A DNA stretch of 64,000 nucleotides, taken from NCBI GenBank assembly GCA_002269645.1, contig NIVC01000369.1:124001-188000 (forward strand), given 5' to 3'. The notes beneath the pieces were generated by a model. That model did not search any database. It was not told the origin of the DNA and saw only the letters and a program-made list of their open reading frames with translations. The translations under genes and the position numbers were made by a program. This document shows, one piece after another, positions 40,594-50,956 of the stretch. Source of the stretch: Macrostomum lignano. Taxonomy: Eukaryota. How positions within the stretch are numbered: position 1 is the stretch's first letter; the number at the start of each line of letters is the position of its first letter.

Positions 40594-40818
40594 CGCATCT
40601 GAAGGCTGCGTACGGCTGTTCAGTCCAAGGACTGGGGGTCGCCGCACACACCTTCAACTAGCCCAGCTAATGCTGGCACCCATTTTACAGCTGGGTGAAC
40701 TGAAGCAATGCAGAGTAGAGTGTCTTGCTCAAGGACACAGATTGTTTCGACTTGGTCGAGAATCGAACCCCCGACCTTTCAGTGTCGTGAGTTCGACGCT
40801 CTAACCACTAAAGGCTAC
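40594..40818 (-). mobile_element. tRNA-derived CORE-SINE, copy 1
   Basis: Minus strand: A box TAGTGGTTAG, B box GGTTCGATTCTC, then TGTGTCCTTGAGCAAGACACT...CTTCAGTTCACCCAGCTGTAAAATGGG resembling the MIR CORE. A similar copy lies at 46410-46645. Confidence 0.85.
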
Positions 40819-41131
40819 GATATAGAATTATAAAAGCTTTAAAAGCTTCTGGATTACCCCCTCGTACTATAGTACAAGTCTGAACGTCAGTTGAAACAAT
40901 AGACTGCGATCTCTCAGGGTTAGTCGTAGCTATTTTAACTGCTAAAATCGATTGATCAGTTCGCTGAGAAAGGCGCCGTGTACTGTGAGTGTGCATGTAC
41001 ATTCCACTATAATTGGATAAAACCCCAATTTTAAGCCGGGTCGTGAATTGTATTAATTCTGTCTGTCATCCCCTAAACAAAAACCCAGCGCAAAACCCAA
41101 ATAGATGCTGCAGCGTGATCACTGATCTTAC

Positions 41132-41537
41132 CAACTTTTATTTTGTCCTTTGAGAAACAGTTTAGAGGCCAAGAATTCAGCCAATAGAGCTCTGGACGCC
41201 AGTTTTACAAAGATTTGATCTTTAGTATTCAAGTTGTTAGTAGACCGTGTCGTGGGGGCTGCAGGTTTGCAATAGGTCTGCAGGTTTGTAAACTTTGGCA
41301 TGACGGTGAAAGCTTCTCCGAGTTCATATGCAGCATCCTCCAGATATTTTTCAGTCATGCCGATCATATATCTTGCATCGCTCTTTCGGCAGATTGCTCG
41401 TGTCGAATAGTTGTTGAACTTGGAGTTCGATCTGACAAACTCGGTATTAGTCCAGTACCATTTCACAAATTGGACCAGCTGCGGCAGCTGCTGACTGGGT
41501 TCCGGCGGTTGCTGAGACAGCAAAATTGTTGCTAGGG
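41132..41537 (-). CDS. Orphan helical protein, penultimate exon
   Basis: Acceptor TTCCTTGCAG|, donor TG|GTAAGA, 406-nt open frame (ALATILLSQQ...KLFLKGQNKS). Upstream exon not identified. Confidence 0.65.
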
Positions 41538-42656
41538 CTGCAAGGAATTGAGAATAAGGAAATGGGATAATCATATTGTCACTTTAGGAGTCTTAGTGAA
41601 CCAAAATATGGTATTTTTTCTCTTGATTCTTGATTTTCGTATCATTGTAGTCCAGATAGTTCCCGTATTTATCTTTAAAAAATTGGATATCCTTTGGGAA
41701 TTCCATTGCAAAGAAGTGATATCACTATAATGGTTCCTCGATCTTTCGACCAGCCATTGTTAACGGTCAAAGTTTCAATATTCATAGTTTGGTCATGCAG
41801 TAGGAAATCCCAAGTCTATTCCCCCATTGTTTTTCGTGTTGAGTACACTGTGTTCTGCCCCTATAGCTTGCATTAGCTCGTCAATTACGTCAACTGTGTT
41901 CGGCTGGCTATTATTAATTTTTCTTAGAAATTTTCAGTTTCAAAATGACAATCGAAATTCGGGGCTTAAACCATTTCTTAGTAAAAACTATGATTGATAG
42001 TATTTATAACTAGACACTGAACAATAGCACATGACAATGGTACGGTTGCTAATGGTTGAGGGCAATCGCACGTAGCGGACTCAGAGTTGTGAGTTGTTAC
42101 GCAGTGTCTGACGATGTTGCACTGCATGGGTATATTGAATACATCAATCGTAAACTGTAATAGTTCTGATCCATATATTGACCTTGAAGTGTCAATGCTT
42201 AAAGTGTCAAAGGAAGTTTTGTCAGTCTTAAATTAAAGTCTAAATGTAATTTAAACTTGTTGACTAAAGTATAGCGCAGATATTGTAAACAGCTAGATAT
42301 TCTTCAAATAGCTACAACTGGCATCTGTACATGTTTAGGTGCCCTAAGCTGCAGCAATGTTTTAGCAATGATAGCAACATCAATATTCAGCTTATAAATC
42401 TGTAAGTACGTACAATGATAGTCCTGCCAGATCTACGTAAATAGCTTCATGAATCTCTGCTTGTACACTAACTTTAGATACATGTAGCTGCTTATGTAGA
42501 TAACATTTCCGGTTCAAACACTGCATATTTATCGCGCAAATTCGTGTATATAGCTGTGATGTAAAATTTTTAATACCTAGCAAAAGCTAAATTATTATAG
42601 CCAAGTTTTGCTACGTTTAAGCTAGCCTGTTACAGTCAGCGAAAAGTAAAAAAAAT

Positions 42657-42843
42657 ATGGTTACAATAAGCTTTCATCAGGTAGCTATTGTTACGCTTTC
42701 CTCTGCCATTGTCTGCGGCCTCATTAGCCTATTCACGGCTGACTTCTTTATCAAGTTTGATGTTGTCGGATTCAATTTCATTAAACACAAAATTGGATAT
42801 TGCAACGCAACTCCGATGGGTCTTTTCGATTCGAGTGCTACAG
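42657..42843 (+). CDS. Claudin/PMP22-like four-TM protein, exon 1
   Basis: ATG...MVTISFHQVAIVTLSSAIVCGLISLFT (TM1). Donor G|GTAAGT, phase 1. Confidence 0.75.
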
Positions 42844-42984
42844 GTAAGTGAGTTGTGAGAATATATATGTTTTGAGCAGTTTGAAATGAACTCATTTAGG
42901 GGTCAGTATAATATCCTACTGCTGGACACACTGAGTCAGTGCATTAATAATTAAGCTTATATTATAATGACATTTGAATTTCAG

Positions 42985-43122
42985 CAATTAAAGTACTTCT
43001 TATCGGCGGCTTAAGCTGTGCGGGCTGCTGCCTTCTACTCGAGTTCATCTCCGTGACTGTGCACTCGGCTAGAGAGAATGCCAGCCTGAAAGCTCTGTGC
43101 ATGATTGTCTGCTTTGCTGGCA
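42985..43122 (+). CDS. Claudin/PMP22-like protein, exon 2 (TM2, start of TM3)
   Basis: TTTCAG| ... A|GTGAGT, 138 nt, phase 1-1. IKVLLIGGLSCAGCCLLLEFISV...LKALCMIVCFAG. Confidence 0.78.
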
Positions 43123-43177
43123 GTGAGTGCATTAAATTACCTTCTGAAATACATGTACGAGAATACCTTATAGACAT

Positions 43178-43731
43178 GGATGGCTAATTATCTTGAGGGG
43201 GGGCGGAAGGCTAATTATCTTGGGGGGGGGCGGAAGGCTAATTATCTTGGGGGGCGTAAGGCTAATTATCTTGGGGGCGTAAGGCTAATTATCTTGGGGG
43301 CGGAAGGCTAATTATCTTGGGGGGGCGGAAGGCTAATTATCTTGGGGGGGGGCGAAAGGCTAATTATCTTGGGGGGGCGAAAGGCTAATTATCTTGGGGG
43401 GGCGAAAGGCTAATTATCTTGGGGGGGCGGAAGGCTAATTATCTTGGGGGGGGAAGGCTAATTATCTTGGGGGGGGGGCGGAAGGCTAATTATCTTGGGG
43501 GGGAAGGCTACTAATTATCTTGGGGGGGGAAGGCTAATTATCTTGGGGGGGGGGAAGGCTAATTAATCTTATATTGGGGTGGAAGGCTAATTATCTTGGG
43601 AGGGGGGCGGAAGGCTAATTATCTTGGGGGGGGGGGCGGAAGGCTAATTATCTTGAGGGGCGGAAGGCTAATTATCATGGGGGGGGGAAGGCTACTACTA
43701 ATTATCTTGAGGGCGGAAGGCTAATTGTCTT
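43178..43731. repeat. G-run minisatellite (GGAAGGCTAATTATCTTG5-11)n in intron 2
   Basis: About 22 units with a variable-length G tract. Confidence 0.95.
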
Positions 43732-43961
43732 CACGAATCCAGAAGCTGAATATTAGTCGTCATAATTTGGCAGAGTCTTAATATTTCTTTCTCACTATAG
43801 AATGCTTTTGAAGACAACTGTATTGATAGGATCGGGAACAAACGCTCTCATTAAACATTTGAATACAGCTGTAAATAAATTTCAATACATGCAACTAATA
43901 TTCAGATTATCTAACTGAATTCATATCTAGTAGACTTGTAGTGTCTGTACTTTAACTTCAG

Positions 43962-44116
43962 GCGTGACACTGGTGACTGCGCTGGCTCTAGCGAAGCCTT
44001 CATCTGTGAGACCCGACGGAGTTGCCCGCGGCTACAGTTTTCTAATGGCGGCGGTTAGCTGCGTGTTCACCATTGAATCGCTGGTGTTCTACGTTATTCA
44101 ATGGCGCTGCCAGTAG
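43962..44116 (+). CDS. Claudin/PMP22-like protein, exon 3 (TM3-TM4, stop)
   Basis: ACTTCAG|GC, then VTLVTALAL...GYSFLMAAVSCVFTIESLVFYVIQWRCQ*. GYSF before TM4 is typical of the PMP22/claudin superfamily. Total 480 nt = 159 aa. Confidence 0.78.
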
Positions 44117-44640
44117 CAGCAGTAGTATGATGCGAACATTTTGCTGCTAGTTTTTTGATTTCGCGAATTCAATTAATTACAATTAAACAACACAAACAAT
44201 AAATTAAATTACAATATATCGCTATGAATATTCAAGTTTCAACCCTGTGGGTCAAAGCCAGAGTGTATCAACTTTAAAATGATGCTGAGTGTATTATTAA
44301 CACCAAATTGTTTTTCAAAAAGTTCTCAACTTTAAAAAAGCATGACTTCATACAGAAGAAGAAATTAACAAAAATATATGATATTCTTGTGTTTGTTTGT
44401 TTGAAACAGATTCACAAAATATTATTAGTTCTCTCATATCTGAATTAAATAAATAAAACATTCTTTTTGATTTCATTTGTACAAACACTGTGAATGCATA
44501 ATTATTCTTTAAGCTGAATTTGTTTAAATCGTTTCTAAATAACCGGTATGACGATACAAAAGATGAATTATAAGCAGTTTCGCAAGAAGAATACGACTGG
44601 ACAGTCAGTCAGTCTGGTAGCCACAGAGTATTTAACTATT

Positions 44641-44707
44641 TTAATAGCCAAGAGCCGTCAGTTCCTCGCCAATTCGCGTCAGATATGTCGGGTCAGGATA
44701 GCCATGC
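44641..44707 (-). CDS. Macro-RING-DTC protein, last exon
   Basis: CTCCGCAG|G, then HGYPDPTYLTRIGEELTALGY*, the canonical Deltex C-terminus. Phase 2 matches. Confidence 0.9.
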
Positions 44708-44798
44708 CTGCGGAGAATATCGAATTCAGGGTGTCAAAATTGAAATAAAAAACTAGCTGGTGCTTGCAAGTAATTTAACAACCAATATAGAAGTATAG

Positions 44799-45858
44799 GA
44801 GCGCCAGCTACAGAGGGGCAACAGCTACAGAGGGGGCGCCAGCTACAGAGGGGCAACAGCTACAGAGGGGCAACAGCTACAGAGGGGGCACCAGCTACAG
44901 AGAGAGGCGCCAGCTACAGAGAGGGGCACCAGCTACAGAGGGGGCACCAGCTACAGAGGGGCGCCAGCTACAGAGGGAGAGAGAGGGGCACCAGCTACAG
45001 AGAGGGGCGCCAGCTACAGAGGGAGAGAGAGGGGGCGCCAGCTACAGAGAGGGAGAGAGGGGGCGCCAGCTACAGATTAGGGCGCCAGCTACAGAGAGGG
45101 AGAGAGGGGCGCCAGCTACAGAGAGGGGGCGCCAGCTACAGAGGGGGCGCCAGCTACAGAGGGGCAACAGCTACAGAGGGGGCACCAGCTACAGAGAGGG
45201 AGAGAGGGGCGCCAGCTACAGAGAGGGAGAGAGGGGCGCCAGCTACAGAGAGGGAGAGAGGGGGCGCCAGCTACAGAGAGGGAGAGAGGGGCGCCAGCTA
45301 CAGAGAGGGAGAGAGGGGCGCCAGCTACAGATTAGGGCGCCAGCTACAGAGAGGGGGCGCCAGCTACAGAGAGGGAGAGAGGGGGCGCCAGCTACAGAGA
45401 GGGAGAGAGGGGGCGCCAGCTACAGAGAGGGAGAGAGGGGGCGCCAGCTACAGAGAGGGAGAGAGGGGGCACCAGCTACAGAGGGGCAACAGCTACAGAG
45501 GGGGCGCCAGCTACAGAGGGGCAACAGCTACAGAGGGGGCGCCAGCTACAGAGGGGCAACAGCTACAGAGGGGGCACCAGCTACAGAGGGGCGCCAGCTA
45601 CAGAGAGGGAGAGAGGGGCGCCAGCTACAGATTAGGGCGCCAGCTACAGAGAGGGGGCGCCAGCTACAGAGAGGGGCGCCAGCTACAGAGAGGGGCACCA
45701 GCTACAGAGGGGGGCGCAAGCTACAGAGAGGGGCGCCAGCTACAGAGGGGGTGCCAGCTACAGAGGGGGCCCAGCTACAGAGGGGGAGAGAGGGGGCGCC
45801 AGCTACAGAGGGGGCGCCAGCTACAGAGGGAGCGCCAGCTACAGAGGGGGGCGCCAGC
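44799..45858. repeat. GC-rich minisatellite (GCCAGCTACAGAGGGGGC)n filling the last intron of the Deltex-like gene
   Basis: About 50 units of 17-26 bp, beginning right after the donor site. Confidence 0.95.
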
Positions 45859-45862
45859 TTAC

Positions 45863-46213
45863 CCTTCAGGTCCTCCATCGATGCGAGTCTTGTGATGCAC
45901 AGTGGCCCACGTGATAGTATTATCCATGCCAGTAGTCGCACTGGTGCCAATAGTAAACACCGCCCGACCACGAAAGGCTGCTTGAAGTCGTTCAACAATC
46001 GCCCGACCTTCTGGCGAGTCGGGAAAATAAGTGACTCGAGACACGCCTCGATATGGCAGGCCGGGATTCGGGTGCTCGCGTCCTTGAACACCCGGCCCGA
46101 AAGTGTACGTGACTACTTGAGTTGCGTATCCGGGATGACCAGGCAGACTCAAGGCCTCTTTGGTGACTGTCATGGTTCCATTGGCTGGCTGACTGCCAAC
46201 TGCCGGTCTGTAT
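45863..46213 (-). CDS. Macro-RING-DTC protein, Deltex C-terminal (DTC) domain exon
   Basis: QPANGTM...YTFGPGVQGREHPNPG..Y.G..R.TYFPDSPEGR...AF.GR.VFTIGTSATTG...ITW..VHHKT. 351 nt, phase 2-2. Confidence 0.93.
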
Positions 46214-46409
46214 CTGTGTTTAGGTCAAGTGACGTCATCTAATATTCAATAATTGAATTTAGAATATGTATAAATCCAAATCAAATTTAAGTAGGCTTAA
46301 AATACCACTAAAATGAAGCAAATTTGTACTTTTAGACTCTAGGCTGAACTGCGAGGAAATACTCTGGTAGAAAACAAACTTTACAATCGATAAAGTACAA
46401 GATGAGCAC

Positions 46410-46645
46410 CGCATCTGAAGGCTGCGTACAGCTGTTCAGGCCAAGGTCTGGAGGGGGGGGGGGTCGCCACACACATTCTCAATTACCCCAGCTAATGCTG
46501 GCACCCATTTTACAGCTGGGTGAACTGAAGCAATGCAGAGTTAAGTGTCTTGCTTAAGGACACAAATTTTTTCCGACTTGGTCGAGAATCGAACCCCCGA
46601 CCTTTCAGTGGTAAGTCCAACGCTCGAACCACTATGGTACAAGCC
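46410..46645 (-). mobile_element. tRNA-derived CORE-SINE, copy 2 (intronic)
   Basis: Head GGCTTGTACCATAGTGGTTCGAGCG...GGTTCGATTCTCGACCAAGTC retains acceptor-stem pairing. CORE-like body and 3' tail are shared with copy 1. Confidence 0.85.
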
Positions 46646-46798
46646 CCTTGATACTATACTTACAGTAGGACTAGAATATTACACGTCTACAATAAAATAA
46701 TGCACGTTTATTTGATACTCTACTGATAGTAGAAATATAGGCAAATTACGATAATAATTCAGAATAACAGTGTATTAGCAATGTAACAATCATGGTAC

Positions 46799-47538
46799 CT
46801 GTCCATGCACAGCGGGCACAGTCCATTGCCAGGCGCAGCCGGGTCGTTCAGTCTGCGCACGCACGTGACGCACAATTGGCCGCGATTGCAATGAAAAGCG
46901 GCAGCAGGTTTGGCCATAGACAGCGGCTCGCAGCACAGTTCGCAGTCTGCGCCAAATTCCTCATCATCCGCGTGTAAAGAAACCGCCGCCGCCGCTGCTG
47001 CTGTATTGTTAGGACGCGACGCGAACTCGCGACCTTCTACCGAAAGATTCCGCGACGGCGGCGGCAGCACTCTGGGCAGTTGAACGCCAAATCTGGCCTC
47101 TAAAACTCGACCGAGAGTGGCCAGAGTCTCCAAGCCTAGATCGCAGATGCACAATCGGCGAAGGTCGCCGGTTCGATTCCTGCTGCCGGCAGAATGAAAC
47201 GCTTCGGCTAGTACGTGAGCAAAATCTTCGGACCGATCTGTCCAATAGGGCAAACTGGCTCCGATCGGTGTCATTCCAACCACTTGAATGCCGAGTTCAG
47301 TAGAGAGCTGAGAAAGAGTTCTCAGCAGAGCATTTATAACATCTTTCATAACTTCTTTGAACGCATTGTGATCAATAGTCTGCTCCAGTCGACTATCGTT
47401 TGGTAGCGCTAGGAACAGGATGTGACGAGCTGGCAGCTGCGAGCCCGGAGGCAAGGTCACAAGCCGAGTATCGCCGAACTTCAAGTTCTGACCTTGAAGC
47501 GCCTCCCGACACAGGCGCAGCAACTGCTGCTGACCCGA
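46799..47538 (-). CDS. Macro-RING-DTC protein, exon with macrodomain C-terminal half and RING finger
   Basis: CCGCAG|TCG...GAC AG|GTACCA, 740 nt. GS.LPARHILF and VGMTPIGAS (macro); CELC...HC...CVTC...CPLC (RING). Confidence 0.9.
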
Positions 47539-47570
47539 CTGCGGGGTGGGGGAGCGGCACTCAACTATGT

Positions 47571-47712
47571 TTGAGACCCGTAACTCCAATCTCACCTATA
47601 GATAATCGAGTGTCTGAAAGACCCATAGCTCCAATCTCACCCCTAGATAATCGAGTGTCTATGAGACCCGTAACTCCAATCTCACCCATAGATAATAGAG
47701 TGTCTAAGAGAC
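47571..47712. repeat. ~46-bp tandem repeat x3 (GAGACCCGTAACTCCAATCTCACCYATAGATAATCGAGTGTCT) in intron
   Basis: Three near-identical units. Confidence 0.85.
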
Positions 47713-47786
47713 CATTCAGAATCTCAAAGATCACAATCGTGATATCTCTGCAATTAAAACTCCATAGTTAAATTCTATTTATTCAC

Positions 47787-48004
47787 CTTGGCAGCCACAA
47801 TCCTGGCCAGGCCAAAGTTAAGCGACAGAGCACAGCTAGTGGTCACAATCAGCGCGTCACACTGCAGAGTTGTGATATCGCGCGGCTCAACTCGAAGTGA
47901 GCATCGATCGTTCAATGCCAGCTCAAAATCGTACGGTCCAAGATCGCGAAGGTACTGAGTGTCCACAGGTACAACAGCGCAAGCGCCTTCTACAGCTGGG
48001 GCAT
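47787..48004 (-). CDS. Macro-RING-DTC protein, exon with macrodomain N-terminal half
   Basis: TTTCAG|AT ... AAG|GTGAAT. LRVEPRDITTLQCDALIVTTSCALSLNFGLARIVAAK aligns to the macro consensus V..GDIT...DAIVNAAN..L..GGGVA.AI. Confidence 0.85.
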
Positions 48005-48088
48005 CTGAAATAATTAATATTTTCATTTAGGCCACATATTTGAATTGTTTCAAATGTATGCTTTAAAAAATAACAATTAGTTAGTTAC

Positions 48089-48386
48089 CCTGAGACACTA
48101 CATCTGGAAATAGAGGCCTTCTTGAACGACTGGTAGAGCTGATGACAGAAGAGGCTCGGCTCGCTGTGGACGTTGGCTGCTCAGAGGCCCATTTTCTCAA
48201 AGCTGACTGAGCACAGCTCAGCACTTCTGGATGGCAAGCATGAAGCATTGCCAGCTTTGGTTCTGTTAACTGCATTTCAACTTGATATTGCTCATCTAGA
48301 TCAACTTTGATTGGTGCCAGTTCTTGTTCAGTGAATTTTCTAGGCAGTTTAACCTTGCCAGATATGGTTGGAGGCAAGTCAGGCTC
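48089..48386 (-). CDS. Macro-RING-DTC protein, N-terminal region exon
   Basis: TTTTAG|GAG ... CAG G|GTAACT, 298 nt, phase 0-1 compatible with its neighbours. Confidence 0.75.
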
Positions 48387-48460
48387 CTAAAATAGAAAAT
48401 AATAGAAAACACTTTCAAGACATAAGAACAAAATAAAGATATTTAAAGTCACTGTCTTAC

Positions 48461-48534
48461 CTCTTTTCTTTCTACTATTTTTGCTGGCACAGTATTGTTA
48501 ATTAGAAATTCATCTGATCTTCTTGAAAATGTAA
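48461..48534 (-). CDS. Macro-RING-DTC protein, 74-nt exon
   Basis: CATTTTAG|TT ... GAG|GTAAGA, open frame TFSRRSDEFLINNTVPAKIVERKE, phase 1-0. Confidence 0.6.
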
Positions 48535-50002
48535 CTAAAATGAAAAAAAATTATATAAATTGAGTCTTAAAAACATAAATTACATAAAGCCTTGTTAATA
48601 TTACTTAGAATTGTTAGTTTTTAAGATCAAAAGATTAAATTGACCTTATTTAATTTATTTATATATTATACCAATTCTTATGAATCAGTATCTTATCTAT
48701 AGCTGCTCCCTTATCTATAAATATCCTTTTTTATTTGTAGCTAGCCTCCTATTTGTTATTCAAATTGTCAACTAGGGCATATATGTGTAACTGCTGGCTA
48801 ACCTAGCTAATCTGGCCACTATAAATTGTGGTAGACTAGGGGTAAGTCTAAAAAATCTCTATCCCAAACAATATATATACTAATTTTGCACTGTTTGTCT
48901 GTTTGTCTGTCTGTCTTTTTGTTGTCTTTGATTTTTTCAAGAACTGTCTGGCCATTTTATCAAATTTGCTTTAAAAATTCCTACTTTTTTGGGGATCATG
49001 CATAACATTTTTTGATGAAAAATTGAATGGGAAGTAGGTCAAATATTCAAAAAATATTTTTTTTGATTTTAATAGGCACTCTGTTTATAAATTTAATTGC
49101 TCAGTTTAACCATTTAAGCCTCTACTTGGCCAATGTACAGTATAGAATGTATATTTACAATAAAGTTAAGGAGTTTTATGACCCTTTATATAGTAGGCTT
49201 AAAATTTGTGGGGTTGTTTGACTTTCATTATCATTTACCAACCAGTCTAATATAGACAATTGATAAAGAGTGGGTACATAGGGAGGTTAAAAAACTGGCC
49301 TAAAATTTATCAACCCCCTAAACTGCTTTGATCTTGTTTGTCTAATAATGTGAATGATATGATAATATGATTTGAATGATCATGTGAGTTCCAAATAATC
49401 AAATTCAAATTCAATTGAATTACAACAAAGTAAAAAGGTATTTTAAAAAGAATGAAAAAGAATGATAAACATTTAGCTAGTTAATCATTAAATATTAACC
49501 TTTAAAATCACAAAGTTTTTTATACAAAACTCAAATTCTCTATACACATTATATATCCTATAGTTTAGAAAGCAAAATTTATGCTAGGATTTCCTTTCAT
49601 CCCTTTAGCCAGGATTTCCTGGCATACAAGGGTACTTTCTAACATATTTTTTAGTATACATCAATATATATCTCGGCATACATTACACAGCAAAAACATT
49701 GTGTTAATGACACATTTAATTAGTTCTAGTATACAAATGAGGTCCTGTAATTTTTACCAGCATTAGACCAGCATACACTAATAGTTGTACATAATCCAAA
49801 CTATGGTGAGCCAATTGCAAATACAAAATCATTTGACAACCATTTGATAAAATGCTAGTTGACAAAGTGACCAGCACCCATTTGTAGCTGGTATCCCCAA
49901 TCACCCAATCAGTAGTAATACTACTACATTCTTACTTAAGGGTTGCAATAATAATGTTGGCAATGCACCGAAGAAAATTCTAATATTGACAGAATTACTC
50001 AC

Positions 50003-50177
50003 CTTTGTTCTTGAAATACAGCTTTGCTAATGTGTGGTCCCCATTGAAAGGTTTGACAACACACAAAAATTCTTGCGAAAAAAGATCTGAGAAGTACGAA
50101 TGCACAAGTTCCCAACTGACTTCATTTGGGTTCGAGTGTCGTGAAGATTTAGGAATAGAAATAGTTAAGGTAAACAT
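50003..50177 (-). CDS. Macro-RING-DTC protein, putative first coding exon
   Basis: ATG...MFTLTISIPK...LAKLYFKNK G|GTGAGT. Phase 1 matches the next exon. Intervening exons cannot be excluded. Confidence 0.5.
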
Positions 50178-50956
50178 AGTGCATCAACTATATTCTGGTA
50201 ACTTGGTATGAAATTCAAGACATTGGTGGAATGAGCATGAATCTTAAGCCGAAAACGAAAACTTGTTTCTTAGGAAAAGCAGAATTTAAAATTTGTACAA
50301 CGCTTTTAAGACAGTACGACATAAAATATTATAAGTAACCTAAATATGAACTTATGTGTGTTTCTTAAGATTTATTGAAATGATAGCGTTTAATGAATAC
50401 TGAAAGTATAAACGCATAAAATTTTGTTTTATAGCGTACTTTTTAACGATGCCAGTCTGTCCGGATGATGTTTTCTTTTTTTTCAGCGGAGTTTGTCGAG
50501 TGGATTGTGTCGTGCCATTTCTGCTAACTGTCGTGCTACTAAGAGTGAGACTGGAGTCGGAAATCAGCATAAATTTTTTGGTTAACCGTTGATTTTTCGT
50601 GTTTTGACTATTAGTTCTTCTAATCTTAGCTTTGCCTCAGCACTGACTTAGTACTGTCAAGGCCCTGACACAGGCGACAGAATGGGGCTTGCTATGTCGA
50701 TACATATAGTATAGCTAGGGCCTATACTCCTCCTATAGGCCTATGTAATGTATGATGCGTGCAAAAAGCAAATTTGAATAAAAAAGTAGACTAGGCCCTA
50801 GCTTTCTTTCAAAATGAGCATCCTTGTGTTGCAATTGCAAGGCAAGTTAGGCCTACATTGAATAAAATCAAAATCCTAATTAGGCCCCTAGGCCTAATAC
50901 ATAAGTATAGAGTATAGTATAGACCCACTACCCCTACCCTACTATACACTATCTAG

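Noticed and set aside
46575-46645. tRNA gene
   Set aside because: The tRNA-like sequence runs directly into a CORE-like body and tail shared with a second copy, so it is a SINE head, not a stand-alone tRNA.
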